Positions 37,755-48,082 of a stretch of 64,000 nt of DNA are shown here, piece by piece. The notes under the pieces were generated by a model. It had not been told where the DNA came from, did no database searches, and saw only the letters and a list, made by a program, of their open reading frames with translations. Each line of letters starts with the position of its first letter. Position 1 is the stretch's first letter. The position numbers and the translations under genes are program-made. Source of the DNA: an uncultured delta proteobacterium (GTDB lineage Bacteria > Desulfobacterota > Binatia > UBA9968); contig CAVTUQ010000010.1 of NCBI GenBank assembly GCA_963737905.1, positions 32,001-96,000 on the forward strand, read 5' to 3'.

Positions 37755-38393
37755 CTAGTTTTTTGCCTTCTGAATCATCTCCAGAACTTGGTCGGTGGTT
37801 CGCACGCGCGACATCCGCGGAAAAATAAGCTCCATCAGAGTGTCGTGAGCGCGTTGGTCATGAGAGGTGCCACAGCCATCCCGCACGACGATCATGTTGT
37901 AGTCCAGATCTCTGCCCGAGTAAACCGTGGACGTTACACCTACATCGGTGGAGCCACCGGAAATGATCAAGGTGTCGATGTGGCGCGAACGAAGGGCGAG
38001 ATCTAGATAGGTCTGATGGAAAGCGCTCCAGCGATATTTGGGAATATAGTAGTCGTCCGCTTGCGGTTCCAGGTCGGCAAGCACGTCGGAGCTCTTGTCA
38101 CCGGCGATGACGTGCATTTTCGTCTGGGTTACTTCGCCCTTCGGCCAGGGTGTCAGTGAATTGTTCGTATCGGTGAGAAGTAACGCTGTGGTCGCGTTGT
38201 CCGGACGATGATTCCCTTTGGCGAAAAAAAGCGGCAGCCCAGCAGCCCGTCCTGCCTTACTGAGCCGGACGGCGTTTTGAATCCAGGGTTTCAGCACCCT
38301 GGGTTTGCCTGGTTCCGGCGCGGGCACATAGCCGTTCAAAATATCGAAAAAGAGCAGTGCCGTTTTCTTTAGACTGAAATCACTTACATTCAT
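37755..38393 (-). CDS. Isochorismatase/cysteine hydrolase family protein
   Basis: TALL.FD..N, K.RWSAF..T.LD..LR, IISGGSTDVGV.ST. Confidence 0.88.
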   Translation of the reverse strand: MNVSDFSLKKTALLFFDILNGYVPAPEPGKPRVLKPWIQNAVRLSKAGRAAGLPLFFAKGNHRPDNATTALLLTDTNNSLTPWPKGEVTQTKMHVIAGDKSSDVLADLEPQADDYYIPKYRWSAFHQTYLDLALRSRHIDTLIISGGSTDVGVTSTVYSGRDLDYNMIVVRDGCGTSHDQRAHDTLMELIFPRMSRVRTTDQVLEMIQKAKN

Positions 38394-38403
38394 GGCGGAT
38401 CTC

Positions 38404-39162
38404 CTAGCGGATCTTGATGCCCCGTTTTTCCTTTTCCTCTATCACTTTCCAACCCTGATCGGTATACCATTCGATCTGCCGGAATAGTCCAGTAAAAATC
38501 CGCACGTCTTTGTCTTCGAGGCCCGCGCGGCCCAGGATTCGTCGGAAGGCCAAGAGCATATGTTCGGGATTCTCCGAATCGAGAAAGCCGATTTTCAATA
38601 ACACCTTCCGCATGCGGTCAAACAAGCGCTCGACATCCTCAGCCCGGGCGCGCTGAATTCCGGCATTCTCTACCGGCGACAGCGATGCCAGATAAAGTTC
38701 ATAAAGGCAGATGACGGCGGTTTGAGCGACGTTGAGCGATGGGTAGTCCGGATGCGTCGGGATGGTCATGAGTAGCTGGCAATGCTCGACGTCCTTGTTA
38801 CTCAAACCGTGATCCTCGGGCCCAAAGATGAGCGCTACCTTGCTTGTGTTTGCCACCGCAGTGATTTCACGGGCCAGGTCTCGCGGGGTCTTACTGTGTT
38901 TGCGGTAAAGTCCGGTTCGGCAAGTTGTTCCCACGACGAGAGCACAATCCGCGATCGCTTCACGCAGGGTGTCGTAGCCTTTTGCGTTGCCGAGGATATC
39001 GCGGCCGTGGGCGGCCATGGCCCGTGCCAAAAAGCTCCGGGTGCGAGCTTTGCCGACGATGGCCAATTCGGTCTGACCCATATTTTTCATGGCCCGGGCG
39101 ACGGAGCCGATGTTTCCCGATCCCCGCGGTCTTACGAGTACGATCCGAATGTTGCCCAACAT
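38404..39162 (-). CDS. trmJ: TrmJ/LasT family tRNA/rRNA 2'-O-methyltransferase (SPOUT)
   Basis: IRIVLV.P...GNIG..ARAMKNMG, FGPEDHGLSN, YPSLNVAQ. Confidence 0.88.
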   Translation of the reverse strand: MLGNIRIVLVRPRGSGNIGSVARAMKNMGQTELAIVGKARTRSFLARAMAAHGRDILGNAKGYDTLREAIADCALVVGTTCRTGLYRKHSKTPRDLAREITAVANTSKVALIFGPEDHGLSNKDVEHCQLLMTIPTHPDYPSLNVAQTAVICLYELYLASLSPVENAGIQRARAEDVERLFDRMRKVLLKIGFLDSENPEHMLLAFRRILGRAGLEDKDVRIFTGLFRQIEWYTDQGWKVIEEKEKRGIKIR

Positions 39163-39204
39163 GAAGATGCTTCTACTCAGTTTTTCGGCAGGGTGAAAGA
39201 GCGG

Positions 39205-39858
39205 TCACCCTTTGGCAAAAGGACAAAACTTATTCTTCCGGATGATGCTCCGGTTCATATCGTCGAATTCAGTTCTGTAGCCCAAGTCTTCGTGCATGAT
39301 AGATGCACGGTCGTCAACGTGTTCCGCGCCAAAGATGTGGGCAAGTTCGTGAATCAAAGCAACAACATCCGGTTCCGGTTCGGCGTTTGCGTCCTTGTAA
39401 TGAAATGGCTTATTGACTGGGGTGACGACATAATTTCCCAGTCCTTGTTGACAATTGCCGATTCGGTCGACGCGCGGCCGGCCGGCGACGAAGTATCGGC
39501 TGGTCCCTTCCGCAGTGAACGCAACGATCAAGTCATAGCTTCCATCCTTCTTCTGGCTGGGAAAGTCTTGCTCGACCCTGGCCAGCAAATCGACAGTGGA
39601 GTGTATCCTTTCCTGTGCGGGCCAGGGTAAGGCACTCTGAGTAACAAGCCGAATGCCGAATTCGCGTTCGTAATAGTCGGAGGCTGATTCGATCAGGCCG
39701 CGAGCCTCATCTGGCCAGCGGGAGTTTCGTGCTCTGAAGCTCACATCGGCCAGCGCTTTGACGCGCACGACCCGCTGGGGTTCGGGAGCGAAAACAGCGC
39801 AGGAAGAAAGGCAAAGCGCACTAAGGATGGAGCAAATTATCCGTCGGCGCGTAATCAT
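39205..39858 (-). CDS. Metzincin zinc metallopeptidase lipoprotein (reprolysin/matrixin-like)
   Basis: Lipobox LSS|C; HELAHIFGAEH (HExxHxxGxxH) and Met-turn SIM. Confidence 0.82.
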   Translation of the reverse strand: MITRRRIICSILSALCLSSCAVFAPEPQRVVRVKALADVSFRARNSRWPDEARGLIESASDYYEREFGIRLVTQSALPWPAQERIHSTVDLLARVEQDFPSQKKDGSYDLIVAFTAEGTSRYFVAGRPRVDRIGNCQQGLGNYVVTPVNKPFHYKDANAEPEPDVVALIHELAHIFGAEHVDDRASIMHEDLGYRTEFDDMNRSIIRKNKFCPFAKG

Positions 39859-41337
39859 CTGTCAATACGGGAACGTCTTGATCGGCTAACACGCCGTCAT
39901 AATAGGCGACGCCAAGGTCGTTGATAGGGTCAGGGAAGAGGCCTTTATCGAGGCGGCGGCGCGCTTGACGATTTCCTTGATATCGAGTCGCTGTTTGTCT
40001 TTGGTCGCGACGACGATCACGTTTTGTATGGTGTCCACGCTGACGTTGTCCGGACGGCGGGCGGCAAAAACGTAGGTTTGCGGGAAGATGCGGCGTTGGG
40101 TTTTGACAAAGGCGCGAGCGATTCTACCGGAGGGGCCGGTGACGGCGCTTATGAGATTGGCGACGACGATACCGTTGGTGGTCAGTTTTTTCTGCGCCAG
40201 CTCGAAAAACTCCTGCGTGGCCAGGTGAAACGGCATCGCATCTGAGTAGTAGGCGTCGATCAGGATGATATCGTATTGATTTGGCGTACGGGTTAAAAAA
40301 AGCCGTCCGTCCTGGGCGTAGAGCCGAAGATTTTTACCGTCCCGGACGTTAAAATGACTTTTTGCCAATTGGATGACTTCAGGATCAATTTCGACAACGT
40401 CGATCTCCAAGGATGGAAATTCTTTCTGGAGCTTTTTCGGGATCGAGCCGCCGCCGAGCCCGATAATAAGGATCTTCTTCGCATCGGGTCTAAAGGCGAA
40501 GCCCAAGGAGGTATAGCGGGAATAGATCAGGCGGAGCGCCGTTGGATCCTTCAAATTCATGGCGCTTTGCAGTGTCCGGTCGAAATACATATACCGGGCC
40601 TCGTCGTCTTCCTCGATGCGAATGCGATGGTAGAACGTATCCTTCTCCAGCAATGTTTTCGTTCGCGCCCAAAGCGCCGGTGTCCAAGCCATCGTGATGG
40701 ATCCAATAATGACCGATAACGTCGTCACCGCGCGGGCCAGCTCAATTCCCTTTATCTTTACCATTGGCACCACGACCAGTGAAAGGCAGACTAATATGAT
40801 ACCGAGAAAGTGAATGATATTACTGACACCCATAAGCGGTATCAAGTAAAAAGCGGTCAAAAGGGTACCAAGGATACTGCCGCAGGTAGACACGGCATAG
40901 AGAGTTCCAGCGGTGCTGCCAACAGTGGAAAGTTTAGTCGCTGCCAATCGTATGACGTAGGGCGAGATGGTTCCCAAGAAAACCCCCGGCAACAGGAAGT
41001 AGATGCTGCTCGCGATCAAAGGATTCAGCCGGGTACCGAAATCGATGCCGGCGATCCACTCATTAACATCTCGGTAGATGAAGGGAAGGCAAAAAATCAG
41101 AATACCCGGAATCAATAGCAAAGTGAGAAGCCGGGAATAAGAAGGTTCGCGAGCTGAAAGCCACCCGCCCCAGTAATAACCGATGCTGAGAGCAGCCATC
41201 ACTACAGAGATCAGGCTCCCCCAAACAAAAATTGAGCTGCCGAAATAGGGAGCCAACACGCGGCTGCCGACGATCTCAAGACTCATCAAGACGGCCCCGC
41301 TTACGAACACGACGACATTGAGCAGAAATTGCACCAT
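39821..41337 (-). CDS. Fused membrane domain / spermidine synthase-like SAM-dependent protein; apparent frameshift near 39950
   Basis: LEIVGSRVLAPYFG TM region; IGLGGG, VVEIDP, DGR.FL, YDII.IDAY; expected C-terminus VPVLTDDYAPTDNLLHP* lies in another frame ending at 39821. Confidence 0.85.
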
Positions 41338-41339
41338 GG

Positions 41340-43340
41340 TTAAGGTTCCCAACTCCAATTTCTTTCCTCATCGACAACCGTGACCGGCTCGAGCAGGTCT
41401 TCTGAAATACCCTCGATGAATTGAGAGGGACGAGACAGGACCATGCGTAGCCCGCGGTCGAAGATCTTGATCGGATAGCTGATGAAAAGATTTTCTTTGG
41501 CCCGCGTGGCCGCGACATACAAGAGCCGGCGCTCTTCTTCGAGTTCCTCGTCCGTGTTGATATTGTAGAAGGAGGGAAATCTTCCCTCCAAAGCCCAGAT
41601 GATGAAGACGGAATGCCATTCCAGCCCCTTCGCCGAATGGACCGTCGAAAGGATGAGCGGGCCCTCGTCGGGATTCACAGCCAAGACGCCGGCGACACTA
41701 TCGTTAGGGGGTTCGAGCGCCATGTCAGCCAATAGACGCTCCAGGCTGCGATAGCGGTCGGTGATTCCCTGAAAGTGCTCCAGGTCACGAAGCCGCTTCG
41801 GGTGATCATCCGGATGGGTTCGCTTGAGGATCGGCGCGTAATACTGCATGAGGTATTGGGTCTGCTCTGCGGGACGTTCCGCTTGCGCCGCGTATTGTAG
41901 GACCTGAGCCAGGGTTTTGAGCTCGTGGGCAATCCTCGCCTTGGCTTGAAAGGTGCGCAACCGTTCGATGGGTTGGCTTCCTTGCAGGAGCCAGCTCGTG
42001 ATCTTCTGGCTCATTTGCGGTCCGACTCCTTCCAGGAGCAGCAAAACCCGGTTCCATGAAATCGTGTCCTGTGGATTGGCCAGGACGCGCAAATGGGCCA
42101 AGAGGTCCTTAATGTGGGTGGTCTCCATAAACTGAAAGCCGCCGCGCTTGATGAACGGAATATTGTGCCGCGCCAGCTCCAGTTCCAAGTCGAATGAATG
42201 GAAGCTCGATCGAAACAAGACCGCGATGTCCCAGAGCGGCACGCCTTCCTCGCGCAGCTCCAAGATCTTCTGACAGACGAAACGGGACTGCATTTGTTCG
42301 CTCTCGGCCTGGACCAGAACGGGGGTCTCGCCTTCTTGTTTGTGGGTAAAGAGTCGCTTGTCATAGCGCTCCTTGGCCCGCTGGATGATATTATTGGTCA
42401 AATTCAAAATGGGCTGCGTGCTGCGATAGTTTTCTTCAAGTTTGATGATGCGAGTTTCCGGAAACGCCTCGGGAAAATCCATGATGTTGCGGAAATCGGC
42501 GCCCCGAAATGAGTAGATACTCTGCGCATCGTCGCCCACGACGGCCACGTTGTTGTGCGTGGCGGCCAACAAGCGGATAATCCGGGCTTGAAGATAATTG
42601 GTGTCCTGGTATTCGTCGACCATGATGAACTGGTAAATCTGGGAAAGACGGCGGCGGATCTCTTCCTGATTACTAAGCAGACCCTTCAGCTTGGTTAAAA
42701 GGTCGTCGTAGTCGAGGAGTGCTTTGGTGGTTTTGTAATCGACGTAACGCTCATAGAGCCGCAGCAGCTCTTCCAGTGAATCATAGAGATGAGGGTACTC
42801 TCGCTCCAGCAAATCCGGCACGGTGATTTGTTTGTTGACGGCCATACTGAATATTTCCGCGACCGTCTGCTTGCGTGGAAACCGCCGGTCTTTGGAATTG
42901 AGGCCCATCTCGGTTCGCAGCAGCTGAATCGCGTCCTCGCTATCCGACCGGTCCATAATGGTAAAGGAAGGAGAGAGACCGTCCCGCCGGCCGAACTGGC
43001 GCAACACCAGGTTGGCGAACGAATGAAAAGTTCCTCCCGCGACTTGCGTGCAGCGGTTATCGATCAGCAGGCTAGCGCGCCGCAGCATCTCCTCGGCAGC
43101 CCGGCGAGTGAAGGTCAGCAGTAAAATGGAACGGGGATCAACACCGATATCGATAAGATGCGCAACGCGATAAACCAAGGTGCGGGTCTTGCCGGTGCCG
43201 GCGCCGGCGATGATCAGCAACGGTCCCTCGACCGTCGTCGCCGCTTGGTACTGAGCGTGGTTGAGCTCTTTACGATAATCGAGGCTTGAGGGACGATGTG
43301 GGGAGAGAGTTGTATTTTTGAGAATGTACTGTTTCGTCAA
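41340..43340 (-). CDS. UvrD/PcrA/Rep family ATP-dependent DNA helicase
   Basis: AGAGTGKT, TFT, DEYQD, VGDDAQSIYSFRGA, ENYRS, STVHSAKGLE, EERRLLYVA.TRA. Confidence 0.93.
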   Translation of the reverse strand: MTKQYILKNTTLSPHRPSSLDYRKELNHAQYQAATTVEGPLLIIAGAGTGKTRTLVYRVAHLIDIGVDPRSILLLTFTRRAAEEMLRRASLLIDNRCTQVAGGTFHSFANLVLRQFGRRDGLSPSFTIMDRSDSEDAIQLLRTEMGLNSKDRRFPRKQTVAEIFSMAVNKQITVPDLLEREYPHLYDSLEELLRLYERYVDYKTTKALLDYDDLLTKLKGLLSNQEEIRRRLSQIYQFIMVDEYQDTNYLQARIIRLLAATHNNVAVVGDDAQSIYSFRGADFRNIMDFPEAFPETRIIKLEENYRSTQPILNLTNNIIQRAKERYDKRLFTHKQEGETPVLVQAESEQMQSRFVCQKILELREEGVPLWDIAVLFRSSFHSFDLELELARHNIPFIKRGGFQFMETTHIKDLLAHLRVLANPQDTISWNRVLLLLEGVGPQMSQKITSWLLQGSQPIERLRTFQAKARIAHELKTLAQVLQYAAQAERPAEQTQYLMQYYAPILKRTHPDDHPKRLRDLEHFQGITDRYRSLERLLADMALEPPNDSVAGVLAVNPDEGPLILSTVHSAKGLEWHSVFIIWALEGRFPSFYNINTDEELEEERRLLYVAATRAKENLFISYPIKIFDRGLRMVLSRPSQFIEGISEDLLEPVTVVDEERNWSWEP

Positions 43341-43511
43341 TGGGGCTCCAGTTGCAGGTTAAATTACCTATTTTCCCGGAATCCGGCAAGGGATGAGCGG
43401 CGACTATTAAATATGGAGGGTGACCGAAGAGGGACGAGGGTGCACCGAATTATAAGAGGCCAGGATGTTTCGTGTTGTTAGCCGTGTAATCTATGATAGC
43501 CTTGTAGCATC

Positions 43512-44193
43512 GTGAAATCGGTACCGAAGCGCCGCTCGCCGGCACACTTCTGGTGGTGGACTTGCAGCTTGATGGTCGTGCTGGCTCTGGTCAAATCCCA
43601 TCCGGCCAATGGCCAGATGAAGGTCCAAGAGTATTACGACCGGGACTACGGCTATGTGTTTCAATATCCCATGCAGTTGGAAGCTCCAGCGGTTGCCAGA
43701 GGGCGATGCCAACAAGGACATTCGGCTCTTGCTTCAGGGACCAGAGGGAAGCGACTTCATGGTGGTCGTCGATAAAACAAAAACAACCCTTGAGAAAACC
43801 GACTTCGAAAACGGTTCCGAGCGAGCACAGCGCGTCGACGCGCTGATGCAACAAACGATTGCCCAGATTTACCAATCGATCTCAGAGGACATCAAAGCGG
43901 TGAGCATGAAGGTCGGCGAGCGCCGTGACCTCTCTAATGAATTCGGGATCAAATTTTATATTGCGACCCTCAATGAGATGAAAAACGGGAAACCGATTAT
44001 TGTGGCCGGAATTCATGCTTTCCCCTTCAACAAGGATTACTCCGTTAACTTCACCATGACCACGTTTTACGACCCGGCGGCGACCCAGGAGAACCAAACA
44101 CTGACAGATGTCTTTAACTCATTCCGATTGATCGGAGAGCCTCCAACGGGCAACAGCGAGGTAAAGCCTCCCGCAGATAAAGAACCCCGCTAA
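43512..44193 (+). CDS. Exported hypothetical protein (PsbP/DcrB-like N-terminal motif); apparent frameshift near 43670
   Basis: Signal peptide and YYDRDYGYVFQYP in ORF 43512..43775 continue as SWKLQRLPEG in ORF 43654..44193. Confidence 0.6.
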
Positions 44194-44212
44194 TTAATAA
44201 CGGTTCGTCTCT

Positions 44213-44875
44213 TCAGTTCGACGGCACGGCCGACGGCCTCTGCGCTGTCGGGTTGGGCACAAAAATCAGGAAAGATTGCCGGTCAAGAAAGTTGAACTCG
44301 TTTTGCAATCTGTAGCCCGCTTGCTCCATCTCTCTTTTGATAAATTCGCTAGGCGTGTAGTGCTTCCACAAGCCGTCCAGCCATCCCCTGCGATCGAATT
44401 CGACAATGGCGATCCGGCCGTTTGGGCGGAGATATTTCCGTAGGTTGGTAAGATAGCTTACGCGGTTATCGATATGATGATAGGTATTACTGGTAAAGAT
44501 GAGATCGACCCCAGGGGAGGGCAGCAAGGGATCGTCTGGTTTAGCGAGAATCACTTCAATGTTTCCAACCCCATCCTTCCTTGCCCGTTGTGCGACCAAA
44601 TCGTTCATCTCTTCGTCGACATCAACGGCGTAGACTTTGCCCTGGGGACCGACGGCCTTGGCAAGTGAAAAGACAAAATAACCACCGCCGGATCCGATGT
44701 CGGCAACCCGGTCTCCCGGACGGATCCGAAGTGATTCGATGACCCGGTCCCGCTGCTGCCATTGATCCCGGCTGAAGCCTTCGTAGGCGCACTGCTTCAG
44801 CCGCGCGCAGCCGACAATGAGAAAAAGGATCAGCAGCTGAACTTTGATTAGCTTCGTGGCGCGCGGGAGCGTCAT
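44213..44875 (-). CDS. Class I SAM-dependent methyltransferase with lipoprotein-like signal
   Basis: VADIGSGGGYF, GKVYAVDV, YHHI, L.P.GRIAIVEF; IVG|C. Confidence 0.88.
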   Translation of the reverse strand: MTLPRATKLIKVQLLILFLIVGCARLKQCAYEGFSRDQWQQRDRVIESLRIRPGDRVADIGSGGGYFVFSLAKAVGPQGKVYAVDVDEEMNDLVAQRARKDGVGNIEVILAKPDDPLLPSPGVDLIFTSNTYHHIDNRVSYLTNLRKYLRPNGRIAIVEFDRRGWLDGLWKHYTPSEFIKREMEQAGYRLQNEFNFLDRQSFLIFVPNPTAQRPSAVPSN

Positions 44876-44896
44876 TAGAAGAGTCGCCGGGGTAAG

Positions 44897-45286
44897 TTAG
44901 TGCTGTGATTCAGTTTTCCGGGCGAGGTTTTCGAGAGCTTTTTTGACTTTTTGGCGCAGTTCCACAACGTCGAAGGGTTTGCCGATGAAATCGAATGCGC
45001 CGAAATCCATAGCCTTGGCGGCCAATTGCTGGGAATTCACTCCGGTGAGCATGATGACTTCGCAGCTAGGGTGAATCGTTTTGATCTGTCTCAGGATCTC
45101 GATGCCGTCGGTTTTCGGCATGAGAATATCGAGCAATACCACCTGGGGTCTTTCCTCTCGGACTTTACTGATTGCCGCATCCACCGACGCCGCTTCCAGC
45201 AAGCGATATTCTTTGCAAAAAACCATTTTGAGGGATTCGCGGACCCCCACTTCATCGTCGACTGCCAGTAACAGCGGTGAACTCAT
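44897..45286 (-). CDS. Single-domain response regulator receiver
   Basis: AVDDE, LLDILMP..DG, IMLTG, KPF. Confidence 0.88.
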   Translation of the reverse strand: MSSPLLLAVDDEVGVRESLKMVFCKEYRLLEAASVDAAISKVREERPQVVLLDILMPKTDGIEILRQIKTIHPSCEVIMLTGVNSQQLAAKAMDFGAFDFIGKPFDVVELRQKVKKALENLARKTESQH

Positions 45287-45551
45287 GGAATCTAAGCAGC
45301 TTAAGCTAGCTGAGACTGATTGCAATTGGTTGCTTAAGTTAATGTGTCACTAAGTCGGCGACCTCGCAAGGGGAAAATTCGCTATGCGAAATAATTACCT
45401 AAAGCACATTGTTTGGGAAGGAGGTGATCGACTTCCGTGGAATGCAGAATCGTGCACCCGGCCCGAGGATTTTCCGTTTGGAAGATCCACCGAGGCAATA
45501 TCAAAGCAGGTTTGCGACTACGAGCGTTAAATCTTTAGAACCCCTCGTTTG

Positions 45552-46736
45552 TTATCGCCGGACAGCCAGTTCTGCACAGCGCGGAGAGTCAGCCGCATGA
45601 CGCGAGCAGTCTCGGGCGATATCCTCGATGGGTTTATCAAAAAAGGTCCGTAAGTACTGAATGCTCACTGCAAAGCAATGTTCGCGATCGGCACTGTTGG
45701 CGAACGCGGCGCAAAAAGGCATGGCATAGCGGCCGTCCCAGGTATTGTCCACCAGCGCATAGACCACCCCCTCCATGCAGGCAAAACGATTGTTGTCATG
45801 GACCCGCTCGCAGGCTTGAGCGACGGGTCGGGGTTGCCCGGTGCGCGCTTCGTTGGAAAGATCGCGTCCGATGGAAACTGTGCAAGCCACTCGATAAGCT
45901 CCGGCTTTTGCGCACTCTTGAAGCATTTGTTCCGTAGAAAGCCCCATTTCCATCATCCTCGAGGTTTGCATCATGTAACATTCCTGCCGATACTGGTCGG
46001 GCAGCTGGTTGCAGGGAGCGTGGTAATCCGTAGGACTGAAGTTCTTTTTTTCATTCGTTGCGTTGGAGACATTTTCCATGAATACGCCACCGTAACAAGA
46101 ACTCCGGCTCCAGTCGTCGTCGAGCGCATCGCAAATATCCAGTGATGATTCCAGCTGATAAGCGGAAAAAAACAGGATCGCATGACCGAGTCCGTGCAGG
46201 CACTGATAGCGCAATCTTAAGGGCGTGTTGGAATCACAGGCGGCGGTCGCTTTTTGTTTCAGCTCTGCTTGGCTGGGGTGCTTATAGGTTTCCGAATAGA
46301 TGTCGTCGCCGCGGAGAAAGCGTTCCACCGAACCATGATAGCAACCAGAGTGGCAGGTCTGGTCGCAGGCGGAAAAAGAGTCGTGAATATTGCCCTTGAG
46401 CCGAAACGTCTCCCGACCGATGGCATGGACGACGGGATGACAGTCGCGCCGCAACTCAGGGTCCTCCGCTTCAAAACGCTGAATCAATTGGAGCACCTCG
46501 GCGGTTGTGTGGTTCTCGAAGGCCTCGCGAAAAAGATGATCAAGGCATTCCGTACTGCGAGATTTTTTGAGGCAATCCTTCATGGCTTCCAAAGACGGCA
46601 GACCGGCATCTGTTTTATTTGCGGGACGTTGATCGGTCTCCTGAGCCTGGATCACAAACGGAGCCAAGCATACGATTAGGCCAAACAAAAAAAATAAACT
46701 CTTATCAATGAATATGGCGGAACGAAAATTACCCAC
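45552..46736 (-). CDS. Exported Cys/His-rich helical-repeat protein of unknown function
   Basis: Signal peptide; CHPVVHAIG, CDQTCHSGCYHG, CLHGLGH, CYGGVFMEN; 20 Cys after the signal. Confidence 0.8.
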   Translation of the reverse strand: MGNFRSAIFIDKSLFFLFGLIVCLAPFVIQAQETDQRPANKTDAGLPSLEAMKDCLKKSRSTECLDHLFREAFENHTTAEVLQLIQRFEAEDPELRRDCHPVVHAIGRETFRLKGNIHDSFSACDQTCHSGCYHGSVERFLRGDDIYSETYKHPSQAELKQKATAACDSNTPLRLRYQCLHGLGHAILFFSAYQLESSLDICDALDDDWSRSSCYGGVFMENVSNATNEKKNFSPTDYHAPCNQLPDQYRQECYMMQTSRMMEMGLSTEQMLQECAKAGAYRVACTVSIGRDLSNEARTGQPRPVAQACERVHDNNRFACMEGVVYALVDNTWDGRYAMPFCAAFANSADREHCFAVSIQYLRTFFDKPIEDIARDCSRHAADSPRCAELAVRR

Positions 46737-46954
46737 CAGGCATCCTCCCAGTTATTGCGGAGCATTCTAGCGAAAAGTGGCTCGAGGCGCAATTATTTGA
46801 TAGGCTCGCGGCGCGAAAATGGTATCATGAATGGAGACTCGTCATTCCGTCAACCATTGAGCCGGAGGAATTACCGTCACCAGATTGTGTTTGCGAGCGT
46901 TTTCTGAATTAATTGTCAGAGTTTTTCATCGTCTAAAGAGAGCCGAGAGTCGGG

Positions 46955-47809
46955 ATGAAAAAGAGATTTTTGTCTTTTGCTTGGATTGGCGTCATTTTTT
47001 TAGTGGGGTCCGCCGTGCCCGCCGGTCAACCGATAGTCAACTCACCCACGCCGGAGAAAGTACCCGTCTATCAGCCAAAGCACTACCCCTTCGACGGAGG
47101 CGAGAGGGCCGTTTACAGGGCGAGCTGGAACGGTATTCCCGTGGCCACCGCAGAGATCTCTACGACTTCTCAGATAATCGATGGCAAGAAATTCTACAGC
47201 GTTCGTGTCGAGGCCAAGACATCGGCAATACTCGACTTAATTTGGAAAATGCGCGATACGATCACTTCAACCATCGAGGCCAAGGCGCTAGCACCGACCC
47301 GGTTTACCTTTAGTCAAAGGGAGAACCGAAAGGTCATCGATACTGAAGCCAAGTTCGATCCCAGGACGAAAAAATGGTCGGTTCATCGTGACGAACGACG
47401 CAAGATAAAGAAATACGAATTCGATCAGCCGCCCAATACCATCGACCCGATCACCGCCGTTTACCTGGCGCGGAGTCAGGATTTGAGGGTTGGCGATCAC
47501 CTTTACTTCAATATCTTCGGGGGAAAGTATCGTTATTTGCTGGATTTGGAAGTCGAGCGGCGAGAGAAAATCCAGATCGCGTCCGGTAGGATCGATGCCT
47601 TCAAGATTGTTCCGCGGATCCAAAACCTTATGAAGCACGGTTACGCGCAAAGAATGAATGACGCTTCGGTTTGGATCTCCGCGGATGAGAGACGCATTCC
47701 CGTCATGCTCAGCAGTAAGATTTTCGTCGGAAACGTCTACATGGAAAGGATCGAAGACGAGATTGGGAACCAAGCGGCGGAAGTTCGGCATCCCGATCAT
47801 TCAAGCTAG
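46955..47809 (+). CDS. DUF3108-like exported protein
   Basis: Signal peptide; PF..GE...Y..SW.GI, DPITAVY..R, VWIS.D.RRIPV. Confidence 0.75.
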   Translation: MKKRFLSFAWIGVIFLVGSAVPAGQPIVNSPTPEKVPVYQPKHYPFDGGERAVYRASWNGIPVATAEISTTSQIIDGKKFYSVRVEAKTSAILDLIWKMRDTITSTIEAKALAPTRFTFSQRENRKVIDTEAKFDPRTKKWSVHRDERRKIKKYEFDQPPNTIDPITAVYLARSQDLRVGDHLYFNIFGGKYRYLLDLEVERREKIQIASGRIDAFKIVPRIQNLMKHGYAQRMNDASVWISADERRIPVMLSSKIFVGNVYMERIEDEIGNQAAEVRHPDHSS

Positions 47810-48082
47810 CCATCCGGATGCAAGGTATTTCAATCGTTAGATTTATAGGGACAGAAGGCAATGTCCGTTAGCGAAACTCGATCGATCCTTCTCTTGCTCT
47901 TGCCCGCCCGGTCCTCTTCGATTGTTTCCTGGCGGTTTCCGCCGCGGCCCGGCTAAACGCCAAAAAAAGCTGACGGAATAGTTTGTCGTCCGAGACCTGA
48001 ACACTGACATCTGGTTTCTGTGCCGGTGTCAGTAAACGAAGCTCCTGCCCGGTCGTCTAACGGGCAAAGGAGGATGTTCACG

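Noticed and set aside
41340-43340. UvrD helicase as part of a defence system (for example Gabija)
   Set aside because: No adjacent nuclease or OLD/TOPRIM gene; context is housekeeping.
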